Positions 1-11,447 of a stretch of 32,268 bases of DNA are shown here, one piece after another. The notes below the pieces were generated by a model. That model was given only the letters and a program-made list of their open reading frames with translations. It searched no databases and had not been told where the DNA came from. The DNA comes from Cyanophora paradoxa CCMP329 (taxonomy: Eukaryota; Plantae; Glaucophyta). Position numbers and translations under genes: made by a program. How positions within the stretch are numbered: the stretch's first letter is position 1; the number at the start of each line of letters is the position of its first letter. Location of the stretch: contig QPMI01000006.1 in the NCBI GenBank assembly GCA_004431415.1, positions 1 to 32,268 on the forward strand, read 5' to 3'.

Positions 1-71
1 CCCCCCACCCCCCTTCCCCCCGCCCCGCAGCCTCGGCCCCGGGCGTGACCGGCGCGCCCGCCCGCCCGCAG

Positions 72-651
72 GAGATCACGAAGGCGACTATGGACGAGCT
101 GGCTAAGCTCTTCCCCGACCAGATCCCCCACAAGGCCAAGCTCCTCAAGTCCATCGTGCGCCGCCCCGCCCCGCCCCCGCGCCCGCGCCCGCCCGTCCGT
201 CCAGGGCTAGAAGCAAAGCGATCGGTCGGGAGGAGCCTGGGCTATGCTAGAACAAGCCGAGCTCACCGGGCGCTGCGCCCGCGCCCCGGCGAGCCGAGCC
301 GAGCCAAGCCGACCCGCGCTCCTCCGCTCCTTCGCGCAGGTGGTGAAGACGCCGCGCTCGGTGTACGCGGGGACGCCCGGCCGCCAGGCCTTCCGGCCCT
401 CCCAGGAGACCCCCATCCCCAACTTCTTCCTCACCGGCGACTACACCTTCCAGAAGTGCGTTCTTTATCAAGATCCCTTAGCTCTAAGCTCTCTAGAAAG
501 CTTTAGCTCACGCTTCGCCCTCTGTATACGCAGGTACCTGTGCTCCATGGAGGGCGCCGTGCTCTCGGGCAAGCTCACGGCCACCAAGATCCACAAGATG
601 AAGACGCCGGCGGGTCCCAACGCCGACATCCCCTTCGCCATCCACTCGTAG
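72..651 (+). CDS. PDS: Phytoene desaturase, last three exons (72-155, 340-455, 534-651); 5' part outside window
   Basis: Splicing at GTGCG donors (156, 456) and CAG acceptors (71, 339, 533) gives [17 protein letters not shown]...VVKTPRSVY...[24 protein letters not shown]. This matches the C-terminus of plant/cyanobacterial-type PDS (ELAKLFP, KTPRSVY, [20 protein letters not shown]). Confidence 0.9.
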
Positions 652-786
652 GCCGCGGGCTCTGCCCGCCCGCCCGCCCCCGCAGTCTTTTAGCTAGGCA
701 TCGTGTTTCAACCAGGATCAAATATTCGCAAATTGTAGGGCGCGAGAACCGGGGCGAAGGGCGGGCTGGGCCCATGTACATGCCCA

Positions 787-3277
787 TCAATTCACAGACA
801 GATCATGGAAATCGATTTCGGATGTGACAGTGGACTTGCGCCCCGCGAGGGCGTCTCGGATGGCGCCCGCGCATTCTATCCACGCCTCGCGGTACTCCTC
901 GTATTCTTCGAGCTCCTCGAGCTCTTCGTCGTTCAGATCCGCGCCGGCGCCCGTGTCCGCGCCCGGCCGAGCGAAGAGGTCTGCCACAAAGTCGTCGGCG
1001 AGCCGAAGGTGGACGTTCACCTCGACTTCGACGGGGAGGTCCCCGAGGATCTGCAGGGCGCCAAAGCTTAAAAAGTTGGGAGCTCGAGCGGCCGGCGCCG
1101 CTCCACGTCGGTGGCGGCGGGCAGCAAATTAAATTGAATCGGGTCCGGGGGCGCCACCTCGAAGGGCTCTGTAGGGTGTGGGAATTCATAGCCACGGTAA
1201 GCCACGATGTCGAGCCGCTCGAGGCCTCGCAGCTCCAGGATCGCCTGCGCCGCCTCCTCCCCCAGCGGCCGGTACAAGCAGAGGTGCAGAAGAACGAGTG
1301 TGCGCTGCACGCTTGGGCTCTCGAGGAATCCAATGACATCGTTATCGTGATCGAGTCCAGGGATCCAGGGACCGGGTTCCTCAGACCGTCGCGACGACCA
1401 GCTGCGCCCCCATTGTGATCAAGCACAGCTTGACCGTCGATCGCGTTCGCAAGCACAGCTTGAGCCGTGCACGTGCTGCCGGGATCACCTGTCGACACTT
1501 TGAGCCTCTCCAGGTTGGGAAAGTTGGAAATTGCGTCCGCGACGGGTGACAAGTAATCTAAAAAGCAGCTGATGTAGACTTCCCGCAGGTTCTTAATAAA
1601 GCCAATCCGGCGCCCCAAGATGCCATCGGGCGTCACGTCAACGTGACGGTGGAAGCTAAGCTGCCAAGAACAGTGGGAAGGACGTTGATGGGCGTATGAA
1701 AAGATGTGAGCACGCACATGCAAGGGTTTAAAGGATTCGAGATTCGGCATGCGACCGAGGTCGACGAGGCATTTGTCGGACAGGTCAAGCGGCGAGGGGC
1801 GAGCGCCAGCAGAGCGCTGGCGCCGCGGGAATTCGAACTCGCCCGCCCTGCGTTCAGCAATAATTAATATTCAAATGATTCGATCCGTCGGCTCGCGCGA
1901 TCGAATTTTGGCGAGCTTGAGAAAGCGTAACCGTGCATGCACAAGAGACGCAGGGCCGGGAAACGCACTCGAACGTGGCCACGCCGGCTTTGAAGAAAGC
2001 GATTTTCCTGAGGCTCTTGCCCGCCGGGCCGTCCGCGAGCGCCGCGAGGCCGGCGGCGACGTTAACCTTAGCGCCCGAGCGGACGCCGTCGAGCACCACG
2101 GCGAGCTGCTGAAGGTGGGCCAGGGGCGCGAGGGCCGCCAGCACCGCCGAAGTCGACGTCGGCGAGCCGCTCGGTCGGAGCGGGAGGCTGAGGGAGCGGA
2201 GGAGGGGGCAGGCCGCGGCGATGGCCGCCGCTGCGTGGGGAGAGATGCCCTCGTCAAGTCCGCTGAATTGAAATGCCAGCGACTTGTGGACTCCGCTGAT
2301 CATGACGTCCAATGCCAGCGACCGCAGCGCGCCGAAAGGGGCGAGGGCGGCCCGCAGCTCCGGGGCCCGGGGCCACGGCAGCTTGATTCTATTGCCGATG
2401 TCGCGACTTGGAAATCGATCGAGATCGAGACAGAAACAGAAGCCGACGCGGAGGCCCTCCAGACTGCTGGCCGCCCCCTCCGGCGGCCGCAGCGCCCGCA
2501 GCACGCCGAGCAGGTAGGCGCTGATTAAATTCGCGTTGACGTCGGGATCGCCGACAATCTGATCACCATCTTCTCCTTTAAGACGTTCGATGGTGACCTC
2601 CCGTGGGCGAAGTTTTGTTTTCTCGAAGAGCTCCGAGAAAAGACTGCGAGTCGGCGACGACGACGACGACGACGACTCCCCGAACTCAGCCGCCCGAATT
2701 TTCGAGTCGATGGCTGTCCCGCCCTTGATCCGCAGCTCGACGACGGCCCACTCCGTCTCCTCGACCACCCGCCGCCACCGCCTGCGATCCAGCGAGCTCG
2801 AAATTTTGCGTCGTGATAATATTATATATATTATAATTTATAGTTTAATGGGCCATGCCATGGGCTGAGAACGATATCCGAAGAAAATTAAAGCGCGGCG
2901 CCAGGACTTTGATTCAAGAGCGCGGGCGCTATTACAACGCGCGTGTGGAGCTATTGCAGCGGGCTATATATTAGTTTCGCTATTATTAAAGTGTGCAGAA
3001 TTCGAAACATTTCCGCGGACCTGCACACGCGGCGCATGGGCCAGCTGGCCTGCAGCCCGAGGGCCTTGAAAACATTGCTCGAGCTCAACAGAGCGTCCGG
3101 CAGGGCGTCGACATCGGTCGGCGCTGCCGCTAGCAATTGCGGGTGTGCGACGGCAATGGCGCCGGCAGAATCAATATATATATTCGAAGGAGCAAGTGGC
3201 GCCGGCTCTGCGACTCGAGCCCGCTTCTCCGCGCGCGCTTCCGAGGAAGAATTCGACGCGTATTCGAATTCAGACAT
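787..3277 (-). CDS. Multi-exon F-box / RNI-like leucine-rich-repeat protein (or adjacent fragments of that family)
   Basis: Removing intron 3020-2782 (GT...CAG on minus) joins DALPDALLSS..VFKALGL..RRVCR to RWRRVVEETEW, an F-box motif. Downstream minus-strand segments carry LRR-like motifs (LRSLALD, CPLLRSLSL, LQQLAV, FPNLERLKV, LRGLERLDI). Distal exon boundaries not resolved. Confidence 0.65.
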
Positions 3278-4029
3278 GAGTGCATGCGCGTTCGACGTCG
3301 ACTCGCGATCGGCGACAAATCTGAATATTAATGCACATGGACGCGCGTCAGCGGGCGCACGAGCGCTAGCTTAAGCTTGCGCGCGCCGCGCACCTCACTG
3401 CTGCTCGCTTGTCCGCTGCTGCTGGCTCGCTGTGCGCGTATGCAAGCGCCCGAGCACGCAATATTATTGCTCGTACCCCGGCCCATGCGTATGGCCAGCC
3501 GCCGTGGCACGCAAATTTGCAAATTCGCAAATTTGCTGGCCCCCTCCCCACACGCCCCCCTCCCTCCGAGGCTCTAGATCTCTTCGATCAATTTCGCTCA
3601 ACAAGGACTTTGAGAAGACGAGGGCGGCAGTTAAACGTTAAGGGAATGTTCGCGGAACGCCCGCTCTTGCCGCGGACGGCTGACCGCGGCGCGCCGTTTA
3701 ATTTGGCGCAGTACTAGTGCCTCAAGCTCCTGGCCCGCCGGCACCCCGGCCCAGTTAGGCTCCCTCGCCCCTTCTTCCACATCCCCCTACCCCCGGGCGA
3801 ATTTGTCATTCAGCACACCACTACAACCACAAGGGTCATCGACGTCACTACCACGACGCCTACCATATACCTTGATGCACTCGTCCAGATCTGATCCGCC
3901 TGCACGTGCACCTCGCCTCCTAGCTACAGCCCAAGGCCGCGCGGCCGGCGCGGCGTGACGGCCCGCGGGCCCGGTCTCCTCTTTGCCGCCAACGACGTTA
4001 AAAAAGCTTCGAGAATTCAGAACTCGAGC

Positions 4030-4363
4030 GCCTTCTCCCCCCCCCATCCATCCCCCCCCTCCCCCTCCCCCCCCTCCCCCCGCCCCGCCTCCCCCACCCC
4101 CTTCTCCTATAAGAGGCAACACCCCCTCCCCCCCCTCCCCTCCCCCCCCCCCCCCTCTCCCCGCCTCCTTAGATCCCCAGACCTGGACCCACCCCACCTT
4201 TCCCCTCCCCTCCCCCTCCCTCGTTCTTCGCCCTCCCCACCCCTCCTCCCCTCCCCTCGCCCCTCCTAACCCCCCCCTTCTCCCGCTCCCCCCCCCTCTC
4301 CCCAGCCCTTCCCCCCCTCCCCCTTTCACCCCGCCCCCGCCCGCTGGGCCCCGGGCGTGACCG
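4030..4363 (+). repeat. C-rich dispersed repeat, copy A
   Basis: Poly-C tracts with anchors ATCCCCAGACCTGG (4173-4186) and CCGGGCGTGACCG (4351-4363). Both recur reverse-complemented at 11073-11086 and 11006-11018, and the second also occurs at 39-51. Confidence 0.7.
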
Positions 4364-4384
4364 TGCCTAGCTATAGCTGCACCT

Positions 4385-4453
4385 GCGCTGTCGTGGGTTC
4401 GGTTCGCTTGAAACGAGCGCTGTCGTGGGTTCGATTCGCTTGAAACGAGCGCT
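4385..4453. repeat. 32-bp tandem duplication
   Basis: GCGCTGTCGTGGGTTCG(G/A)TTCGCTTGAAACGA twice (4385, 4417), followed by GCGCT. Confidence 0.9.
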
Positions 4454-4514
4454 AGCCAGCATGCAAGGGCATCGGCCGCGTGGGTTTGTAGCTATGGACA
4501 ATCTGTGGATGCTT

Positions 4515-6038
4515 TCACTGCCGGGAGGCCGCGGCGGCGGCCGCCGCCGCCGCCGCGACTTTTTCGAAGGCTCTGCGGATCTCGCGCACGACCCGTCGCG
4601 CCCACGGCGGGCCGCGCCCGCACTCCTCCAGGGCCAGGTGAAGCGCGTGGATCCTCATCTGGAGCTGGGCGCGCGGACGAACTCAAAATTAAACAAGCCG
4701 CTCGAAACAACGTTAAAATGATAAAACGATGAGACCCTCTTGGCGCGATCGGCGAAATAGTCGAAGCGCGATTCACACTGCGAAGAAAACAATTGATTAG
4801 ACGCGGGTATAAATAATCACAATCAGCGAAAATCGATCGCAATGCGGCAAGTCCGGGATCCAGGCGCACGTGCTTCGTGGCGGTTTGGATGATGAGACCC
4901 TCGCCGTTCAGCTCCTCGCTGAGCGCGGCAAGGCGCGAGAGGCGGAAGCGGAGCTCGCCCGTGCCGATCTCGTCCAGCGCATGGCTCTGCCGCAGAGCGA
5001 TCTCCTCCCGAATCGCCCACTGCAGGGCGGGGCCGCGTGCGTGCGGTTCAGCCAACCGCGCTCGTGGGCCGCGCGCGCCGCGGGCGGGGCCGGGTCGACA
5101 TTCATGTACGCGCGTCGCACCTCGTAGGTCTCGGAGAGCCCGTCAATCTGCCTGTTGATCAAGTTCCCTTCGGCCACCCACTCGCCGATTTGAGACCTGC
5201 GCACGCATGAGTTTTCGACCGCAAGATGTTGCATATTCGATTAATATTCGATGGTCGATGGACATGGATCTAGAAGTGATAATCGATATCATGAGCGTGC
5301 AATATTAGTACGCGTACGCACTCAAAAGCTTTGAAGTCGGCATTCAGCGACAGCCAACCAGCTTTGAGGACGCGCATCTCCAAGTACCATTGCGCAAGAC
5401 CGCCGAGCGAAAGCACCAAGGCGACGGCGCACGATTGCCGCGGCATCATCGGGCGGCTCGCCATCGCAACGAGAATCGGGGCGGCGAGCGCAATTAGGTA
5501 CTCGGGGCTGTAGAAGTTGACAGCGCTGCTGATAATGTCCGCCTGCAGCTGTCCCGCGGCCTTCGCGATCGACTTCGGCAGTGGCAGCAGCTGCTGTACA
5601 TGTACATGTCCCGAGCCTTCGCGATCGTGGCAGCCGCCGCCCGCGTCGCCGTCGACGTCGTCATCGCGATTTTCGCGATTAGGCCGCGAAAAGAGCTGTG
5701 CACATGGCGCCGCTCGCCAGGACTGCACGCTGATGTGCCAAGTGCGCTTGCAATCGCGAAATCTGCGAAGGAACTGCGCGTGAACTTGTGAAGCTGCGGC
5801 GGTAAACGGTAAATTTCAAGTTTTGCGCTCGCCTGAATCCAGAGCGATCGACGTCACGGGCGACGATAATGCGACGCTTCGTGAGCCCCCGGAGCGAATT
5901 GAGCGGCCGATGAGGAGCGTCCGAGGTCGCAATTGCAATCTGTGCATGCGCGGTATCGACGACGCCGCCAGAAACCGAAGAGCGGGCGCTGCAGCTCGCC
6001 ACAGGTGCAGCAAAAGCCGCGAAAGCCGACACCGTCAT
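4515..6038 (-). CDS. Multi-exon hypothetical protein, probably plastid-targeted, with hydrophobic segments
   Basis: N-terminus MTVSAFAAFAAPVASCSARSSVS is Ala/Ser-rich with an early Phe, like a transit peptide. Protein-like minus-strand segments (YLIALAAPILVAM..., WAIREEIALRQ..., ALHLALEECGRGPPWARRVVREIRRAFE) end at TGA 4517-4515. The 3' exons are conserved in a second copy at ~15.2-15.5 kb. Exon structure approximate. Confidence 0.55.
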
Positions 6039-6770
6039 GGCGCTCGGCCGGCGTCCTCCCGACTCGCGCGCGTCGGCTAGCTAGATCGAGAGTACTAATT
6101 ATAACTAGTACTCTAGCCCGATCTTAATTAATTTCAAGTACTAGTTTCTTTGGGCGAAGCCTCTTTCTCAGACCCGGTCACCGACGATCTAAATTCCAAT
6201 CGGATTCGAACCCGAACTTTTTCATCCCCCCTGTAAATAATTTCCCTGTCCAGCCTCCTCATGAAAAATTAATAATTTTCCCTCGACACGGACGTGACGC
6301 TTCCCCCATCACACACAAATCACACAGCTCCCCGAACCCCTACGCACCTCTCTAGATCCATTTTTAACGTCGTGGCTCCCCTAAGACGACCGCTCTCCCG
6401 TGGGCGTCGTACGAAAATCGAATTTCCCTCCAAGATCAATTCCGGTATTTATACCCCGGCTCGATCGCGAAACCGCAAAACGTGGGACCCGCTCCCGCCC
6501 GGTCCCGCGACGAAATCGCGCCAGGGACGCCCCAGAACGATACAGAATGACGCGCGAGCGCGGACGCATCGCCGCAAGCTCGATTTCGGGCGCCGTCGAC
6601 GCTCCAGCTGCAGTGCGAAGAGTCGGCCGAAAATTAGATCCAGCCGGTCCCGCCCGGTCCCGCGACGCGCGCAATCGATGCGTACTGGCGCGCATAGACA
6701 TAGCAGGGACTGCGCACCCCCGAAATCCGCTTTTCGGAGTCGGAATAGCGCAGGAAGGTACCCGACGGCA

Positions 6771-7500
6771 AAAATTCGATCCTGCACAGGCCCGGACATC
6801 TTTCCGCGCGCCCGCGCCGCGGCGCATGCGCGGAAGAATATCATAAGCATTTGAGATGTAGATCAAGCGTTCCGCACGCTTTACAGATGTGCCGAGCCGC
6901 GAGGACCCAGCCGACCCCGAAAATTCGATCCTGGACGGACCTGCACAGCTTTCCGCGCGCCCTCGCATCCTCGAGCTCACGCACGGGCATCGCTACAGTA
7001 TTCATTCGAAATATTTGCAAAGCTTTTCGCGAGCTCCGAGGACGCGACAAGGCGCGAGAATCCAGCCGACACTGAAAATTCGATCCGGGACAGGCCCGGG
7101 CATCTTTCCGCGCGCCCACGCCGCGGCGCATGCGCGGAACAATAGTATAAGCATTTGAGATGTAGAAGAAGTCTTCCGCACGCTTTGCGTATGCGCCGGG
7201 CCGCGAGGACCCAGCCGACCCCGAAAATTCGATCCTTGACGGACCTGAACCGCTTTCCGCGCGCCCTCGCATCCTCGCGCGTGCGCATCGCTACAATAGT
7301 AATTTGAGATCTTTGTTAAGCTTTTCGCGAGTTCCGAGGACGCGACAGGGCGCGAGAATCCAGCCGACCCCGAAAATTCGATCCTGCATGGACCTGCACG
7401 TCTTTCCGCGCGCCCTCGCCTCCGCATGCGCAGCCCCGCACATCGATGCTATATGCATTCGATCGCGAGATTCTGTTTAAGCGATTCGCAAGCTCTGTGC
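6771..7500. repeat. ~150-bp tandem satellite with alternating A/B monomers (~300-bp higher-order unit)
   Basis: Anchor AAAATTCGATCC at 6771, 6920, 7075, 7224, 7373 (spacing 149, 155, 149, 149). Monomers 1 and 3 share TAAGCATTTGAGATGTAGA; monomers 2 and 4 share GCATCGCTACA and GAGGACGCGACA. Confidence 0.9.
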
Positions 7501-8266
7501 ATGCGCCTGGCCGCGAGAACCTCGCCCCTCCCAGGCCTCCTTCCCAACAATATTATAATTAATCTCCTCTCAATCTGCTCCACCCTTTAGTTCCTCAGTA
7601 AATTAATATTCCTCTAGCCGGCCAGCGCTAGCTGGACTGGCCGTCAGCCAGCCAGCTTCCAGCCAGAAAGCTGTTCGCGATCGGCCAGGCCGCTGGCCAG
7701 TGCCCTATATATAGGCCTACTGTGACAGCCGCGAGGGCGTCCGCGAGGCTTCGCCGTACTTAGTGCTCCGCAGGAGCACGGATCTTGTCTCTCGAGCTCC
7801 ATTTTAAATTTAAAATCGCTCTTTCCCCTTCCCCTGATCATGCATTCGATCCCTAGGCCTCGAGCTTATGTTTTCTCTAAGTCGAAGTCTCGTATTGCTT
7901 TGAATTCCCCATCCTCGTGTAGCCTTCTAGGCGTGACCATTAACGTTGACCGTTGATCATGAACCGTGATCACCGGCTGATCTTGAGTTTATAGTCACTG
8001 ATTCGGCGAATTCGATGAATACTGTTACTAGGTTCCTAGGGCCCTAGCTGATAATGAGCCGACAAAGACTTCTACGCTATCTGGATTCCTAGAAGTTCAC
8101 TAACGAGAGCGATGTCATAGATATAGCTGTAGACTAGGCGCAGGTGCTGGACCCGATCATAATGTCTTCCCGAATATAAATAGCGGCCACGACATAGAAC
8201 CTAGCTGGTAATCGCTGTCTGTACACATAATGTACACGTGTACATGTACGCGCGAGCGGTCGGCTG

Positions 8267-8452
8267 CTAAGGGGCGAGGTCGGCGGCGTTGGTGTAGTAC
8301 TGGTGGAGGTAGGGGACGGCCCGGACGACGTCGGCGGGGACGAGCTCGAGCAGGTGCGCCACGCGGCCGCTCTCGGCGCGCAGGCGGCGGACCATCGGGC
8401 AGAAGAGGAGGAGGTAGAGGAGCGCGAGGAAGGCCTCCACCGCCCCCACCAG
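8267..8452 (-). CDS. Orphaned terminal exon of the membrane-protein gene found at 11448-13346
   Basis: CAG acceptor at 8455-8453 on minus; encodes LVGAVEAFLALLYLLLFCPMVRRLRAESGRVAHLLELVPADVV...*, a TM helix plus amphipathic tail like TmcB/TmcC C-termini. Phase 0, matching the donor at 13347. Confidence 0.7.
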   Translation of the reverse strand: MVGAVEAFLALLYLLLFCPMVRRLRAESGRVAHLLELVPADVVRAVPYLHQYYTNAADLAP

Positions 8453-8776
8453 CTGCGCGCGAGTTCAAATTAAGCTCGACGTCGACTCGGATCTCGCACA
8501 CTACATCTAGAGCTGAATTAGGTTTTGTATGATAGAAGATTCGTTATTTCATTTTCGATCGAAGCTTTCTTCGATTCCTAGGTCTCTTGTCGGCTCCTCT
8601 AACACAATGCGAGAGATTCGCGTCTTTGGTATACGTATTTCGCACGCTAGAGCTGAGCTGAATTAAAAAGGCTTCTTTGGTTTATCATATGCAGAAGATT
8701 CGGGATTTTCCAATCGAGGCCTTCTTCGATTCCTAGGAAACCGGTCTCTAGATCTTGCACGCTCAAGCTTGAGCAC

Positions 8777-9086
8777 TGTCGCATGCATGATTATCGTGCA
8801 TGCGGAGCTCAGCGGAGCTAGATAGTGCAGCCTTCGTGCTGCTAGTTGCTAGTGCAGCCTACGTGCTGCTAGGGCCGACGTCGGCGTCAGTACGCCTCGG
8901 CCACCTCTTATTATAGCTACTACGGGTACGCCGGGCCTGTCCGGGTACGCATCATTCATTAGGGATACAGTGTTACTTGCAATACTACAGAAGCGACAGC
9001 GATCCCTCGTGATCCACTGAGCCCCGTCGAGCCACGCTCGACCGGGAGCCTCCCCGCGTGCTTCACTACTAATCCCGCACGCGACA
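8777..9086 (+). mobile_element. 5' LTR (310 bp) of an LTR retrotransposon
   Basis: Begins TGTCGC, ends GCGACA (TG...CA with 6-bp inverted ends), preceded by AGCAC (8772-8776). Identical by eye to the reverse complement of 13384-13693. Confidence 0.92.
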
Positions 9087-9103
9087 GGCGCCACTGCTCG
9101 GAG
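9087..9103 (+). promoter_or_regulatory. Putative primer-binding site
   Basis: GGCGCCACTGCTCGGAG immediately 3' of the LTR; its complement resembles a tRNA acceptor/T-stem 3' end. Lacks the canonical leading T of TGG; tRNA identity not determined. Confidence 0.5.
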
Positions 9104-9564
9104 CTGAATCTTTAAGGGTCAGGTCGGGTCGCTCGCGATCCCGCCTTCGCGCGCGCGCCGCGCACGCGCACCGTAGCATCGTAGTGTCATTCCCAGACGC
9201 TTGCTCACAGTACGCGCCCGGTTACCCCGGACGCCGAAAAGTGAGGGCCTGCGCTCCGGTGACCCCGGAGACTGGCTGGCTTGAGTTCCTTAAACCGAAC
9301 TCTTGCCCTGCGTGCTGAAGAGCCGGCCGCGCGCCGCGCTAGAGCCGACCGCCCTCGTGCGCGTCGAGCCGCCGAAGTTCCTCGAGAACTTCGTGCCATC
9401 GCCGATCCCTGGCCTGCGAGCCTGGATCGAGCTCCGGTGTGTTGCGTAAGCAGCATATCGTCGCCTGTGCCGTCGAAATCCCGCGTTTTACGCGGCGACT
9501 CGGCCTCAAAGAGCTTCGAGCTCAAATTTGATCTGCCTTGTACTTGCCACTGTGAGAGCCTGCC

Positions 9565-10692
9565 ATGTCGCGGCTTCCAGTTGAGCTGCCGGCGAGTGAG
9601 CGTGATCGCATGATCGCACTCAACTCGACCGCGCCTGTGAGTGGCGTGTCCGTTCAGCAGATGACTGCTGCGGCGCCCGCAGTTGATGCGAAGGGCTTGC
9701 CCTCCATCACTCCGCTGTCTGCGAACCCTACCATCGAAGAAGTCGATGAGTGGCGCCAGCAGATTAGCACTTTTGTCTCCACTCAGGCGCATAAGTATGC
9801 GTACGAGCCCGAGGGAGACAGCTGGACCAAAGTTGAAGCGCTTGGCGGCTTCATGGTCTCGCAGCTCTGCAAGGGCTCGCTGCGCTCTCAGCTGCAGCGC
9901 ATGCGTGACCAGCTGAACGACACCAAGGCTTCCCTTGCCGCTCAGCGCACGCGTCTCGCCGTGCTGGACGCACTGCCCGCTGAGGCCCGGCTCCCCGAGA
10001 CTGAGATGGAAATCCTCCAGCTCGAGGCCACGATTGCACGCCTCGACGCTGAGATTGCTGAGGGCCGCGATACCTTCCAGCGCGCTCCCGGCGTTGAGAA
10101 GTATATCATTTCGCGCGTGACGAAGGGCCTGCCCCACGTCGCCAAGGCCGCGATCAATTCCGCCTATACCGGCGAGGACCCGCTGACGTGGGTGAACTGG
10201 ATCGCCCCGCATGTGCGCCACACGTGCCCGTTGGGGAAATCCTATTCGGAGCACCTGATCACCGTGATTGGGAATGCGCTCTCGCGCCGCCAGACCGGGC
10301 TTGACCCGCAGTATGATAATTACGACGTTCGCGCGGCGCTCTGCGCGCGCCAGAACGAAACCACCATGACGTACATTCTGACGCGCCAGAACGAAGCCAC
10401 CAGTGTCCCAGCCTCGAAGCGCCTTCATTGGGCTTTCCTTTGCCCGAAGCGCCCCCCGCACGCCCCCCGCCACCCTTGGGTGCGGAATGACCGGGCGGAT
10501 ACCTCAGCTCCAGCGTACGACGAATCGTACGACGACTCATACGACAATGAGTATGAGGATGACGCGGCAAACGAGGTCTGCGGTCGCTGCGGCGAAGCCG
10601 GGCACCACCACAGTGCCTGCCCCGACCCGCCGACTCGTGCCAAGGGCAAGGCCCCTCTGGCCCTGCCGGCGCCTGCCCCCGAGGCCGAGTAA
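9565..10692 (+). CDS. gag: Retrotransposon Gag-like protein with CCHC zinc knuckle
   Basis: Intronless 375-aa ORF downstream of LTR and PBS; C-terminal CGRCGEAGHHHSAC = CX2CX4HX4C; central coiled-coil-like region. Confidence 0.8.
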   Translation: MSRLPVELPASERDRMIALNSTAPVSGVSVQQMTAAAPAVDAKGLPSITPLSANPTIEEVDEWRQQISTFVSTQAHKYAYEPEGDSWTKVEALGGFMVSQLCKGSLRSQLQRMRDQLNDTKASLAAQRTRLAVLDALPAEARLPETEMEILQLEATIARLDAEIAEGRDTFQRAPGVEKYIISRVTKGLPHVAKAAINSAYTGEDPLTWVNWIAPHVRHTCPLGKSYSEHLITVIGNALSRRQTGLDPQYDNYDVRAALCARQNETTMTYILTRQNEATSVPASKRLHWAFLCPKRPPHAPRHPWVRNDRADTSAPAYDESYDDSYDNEYEDDAANEVCGRCGEAGHHHSACPDPPTRAKGKAPLALPAPAPEAE

Positions 10693-10934
10693 AATTCTCG
10701 TTGGGCCTGGCCGGCTTGGGCAGCCGCCAGAGCAAGGCCCTGAAAAACTTCTGCGAAGCTTAAGCACCGCACATTTTTTCGCCAGCCCCCGGCCTTCTGC
10801 ACAAGCGCCGGAGTGTCGCTGTAGTTTAGCGGCCAGTATACCTGCCATGAGCGGGCTGTACATTTGTACATTTATACATAAACTCTTGACGTCGGGGACG
10901 ACGTTTTCCGAGAAGAGGAGTGGGGAATCTAGGG

Positions 10935-11210
10935 ATGCGCGGGGAAGGGGGGGGGTAAGGGAAAGGGGATGGCCCGAGGGGGCGGGGGGTCGAGGGCGGC
11001 CGCGGCGGTCACGCCCGGCGCCGAAGGGGGGGGGGGAGGGGAGGGGGAGGGGAAGGGGAGGTGGGGGCGGGGCCAGGTCTGGGGATTAGGGATGCGGGGG
11101 AAGGGGGGGAGAAGGGAAAGGGGGGGGGGGAATGTGCTGCCTTTTCTTGGAGGGGGGATGGAGGGGAGGGGGAGGGGAAGGGGCGGCCTAGGGGAGGGGG
11201 AGGGGGCCTA
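10935..11210 (-). repeat. C-rich dispersed repeat, copy B (G-rich on + strand)
   Basis: Reverse-complement anchors shared with 4030-4363 in the same order; boundaries approximate. Confidence 0.65.
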
Positions 11211-11447
11211 GTCCTCCCCCTTTTACCCTCGCAACCTTCTAGAAGAAAGGGAGTCCGAGGGGCCCGCGGGACGAGACGAGGGCCGAGAGCTTCGAATTCT
11301 AGAGGGGCCCTTGGGAGCTAGGAAGCCCGGGGCTGCCCCCGCTCGAGCTCGGCTCGAGCACTCGCGCTCACCTTTATCAGCTCCTTTAGCACTCGCGCCG
11401 AGCACTCTCGAGCTCGGCTCGAGCACTCGCGCTGACCCGCGCCGCAG

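Noticed and set aside
3787-4360. Gly- or Pro-rich ORFs (also 10969-11321)
   Set aside because: Translations of poly-C/G repeat DNA.
4385-4453. tRNA or SINE (GGTTCGATTC B-box-like)
   Set aside because: No cloverleaf, T-stem closure or convincing A-box.
9205-10473. 422-aa minus-strand ORF
   Set aside because: Antisense shadow of the GC-rich gag ORF; no motifs recognised.
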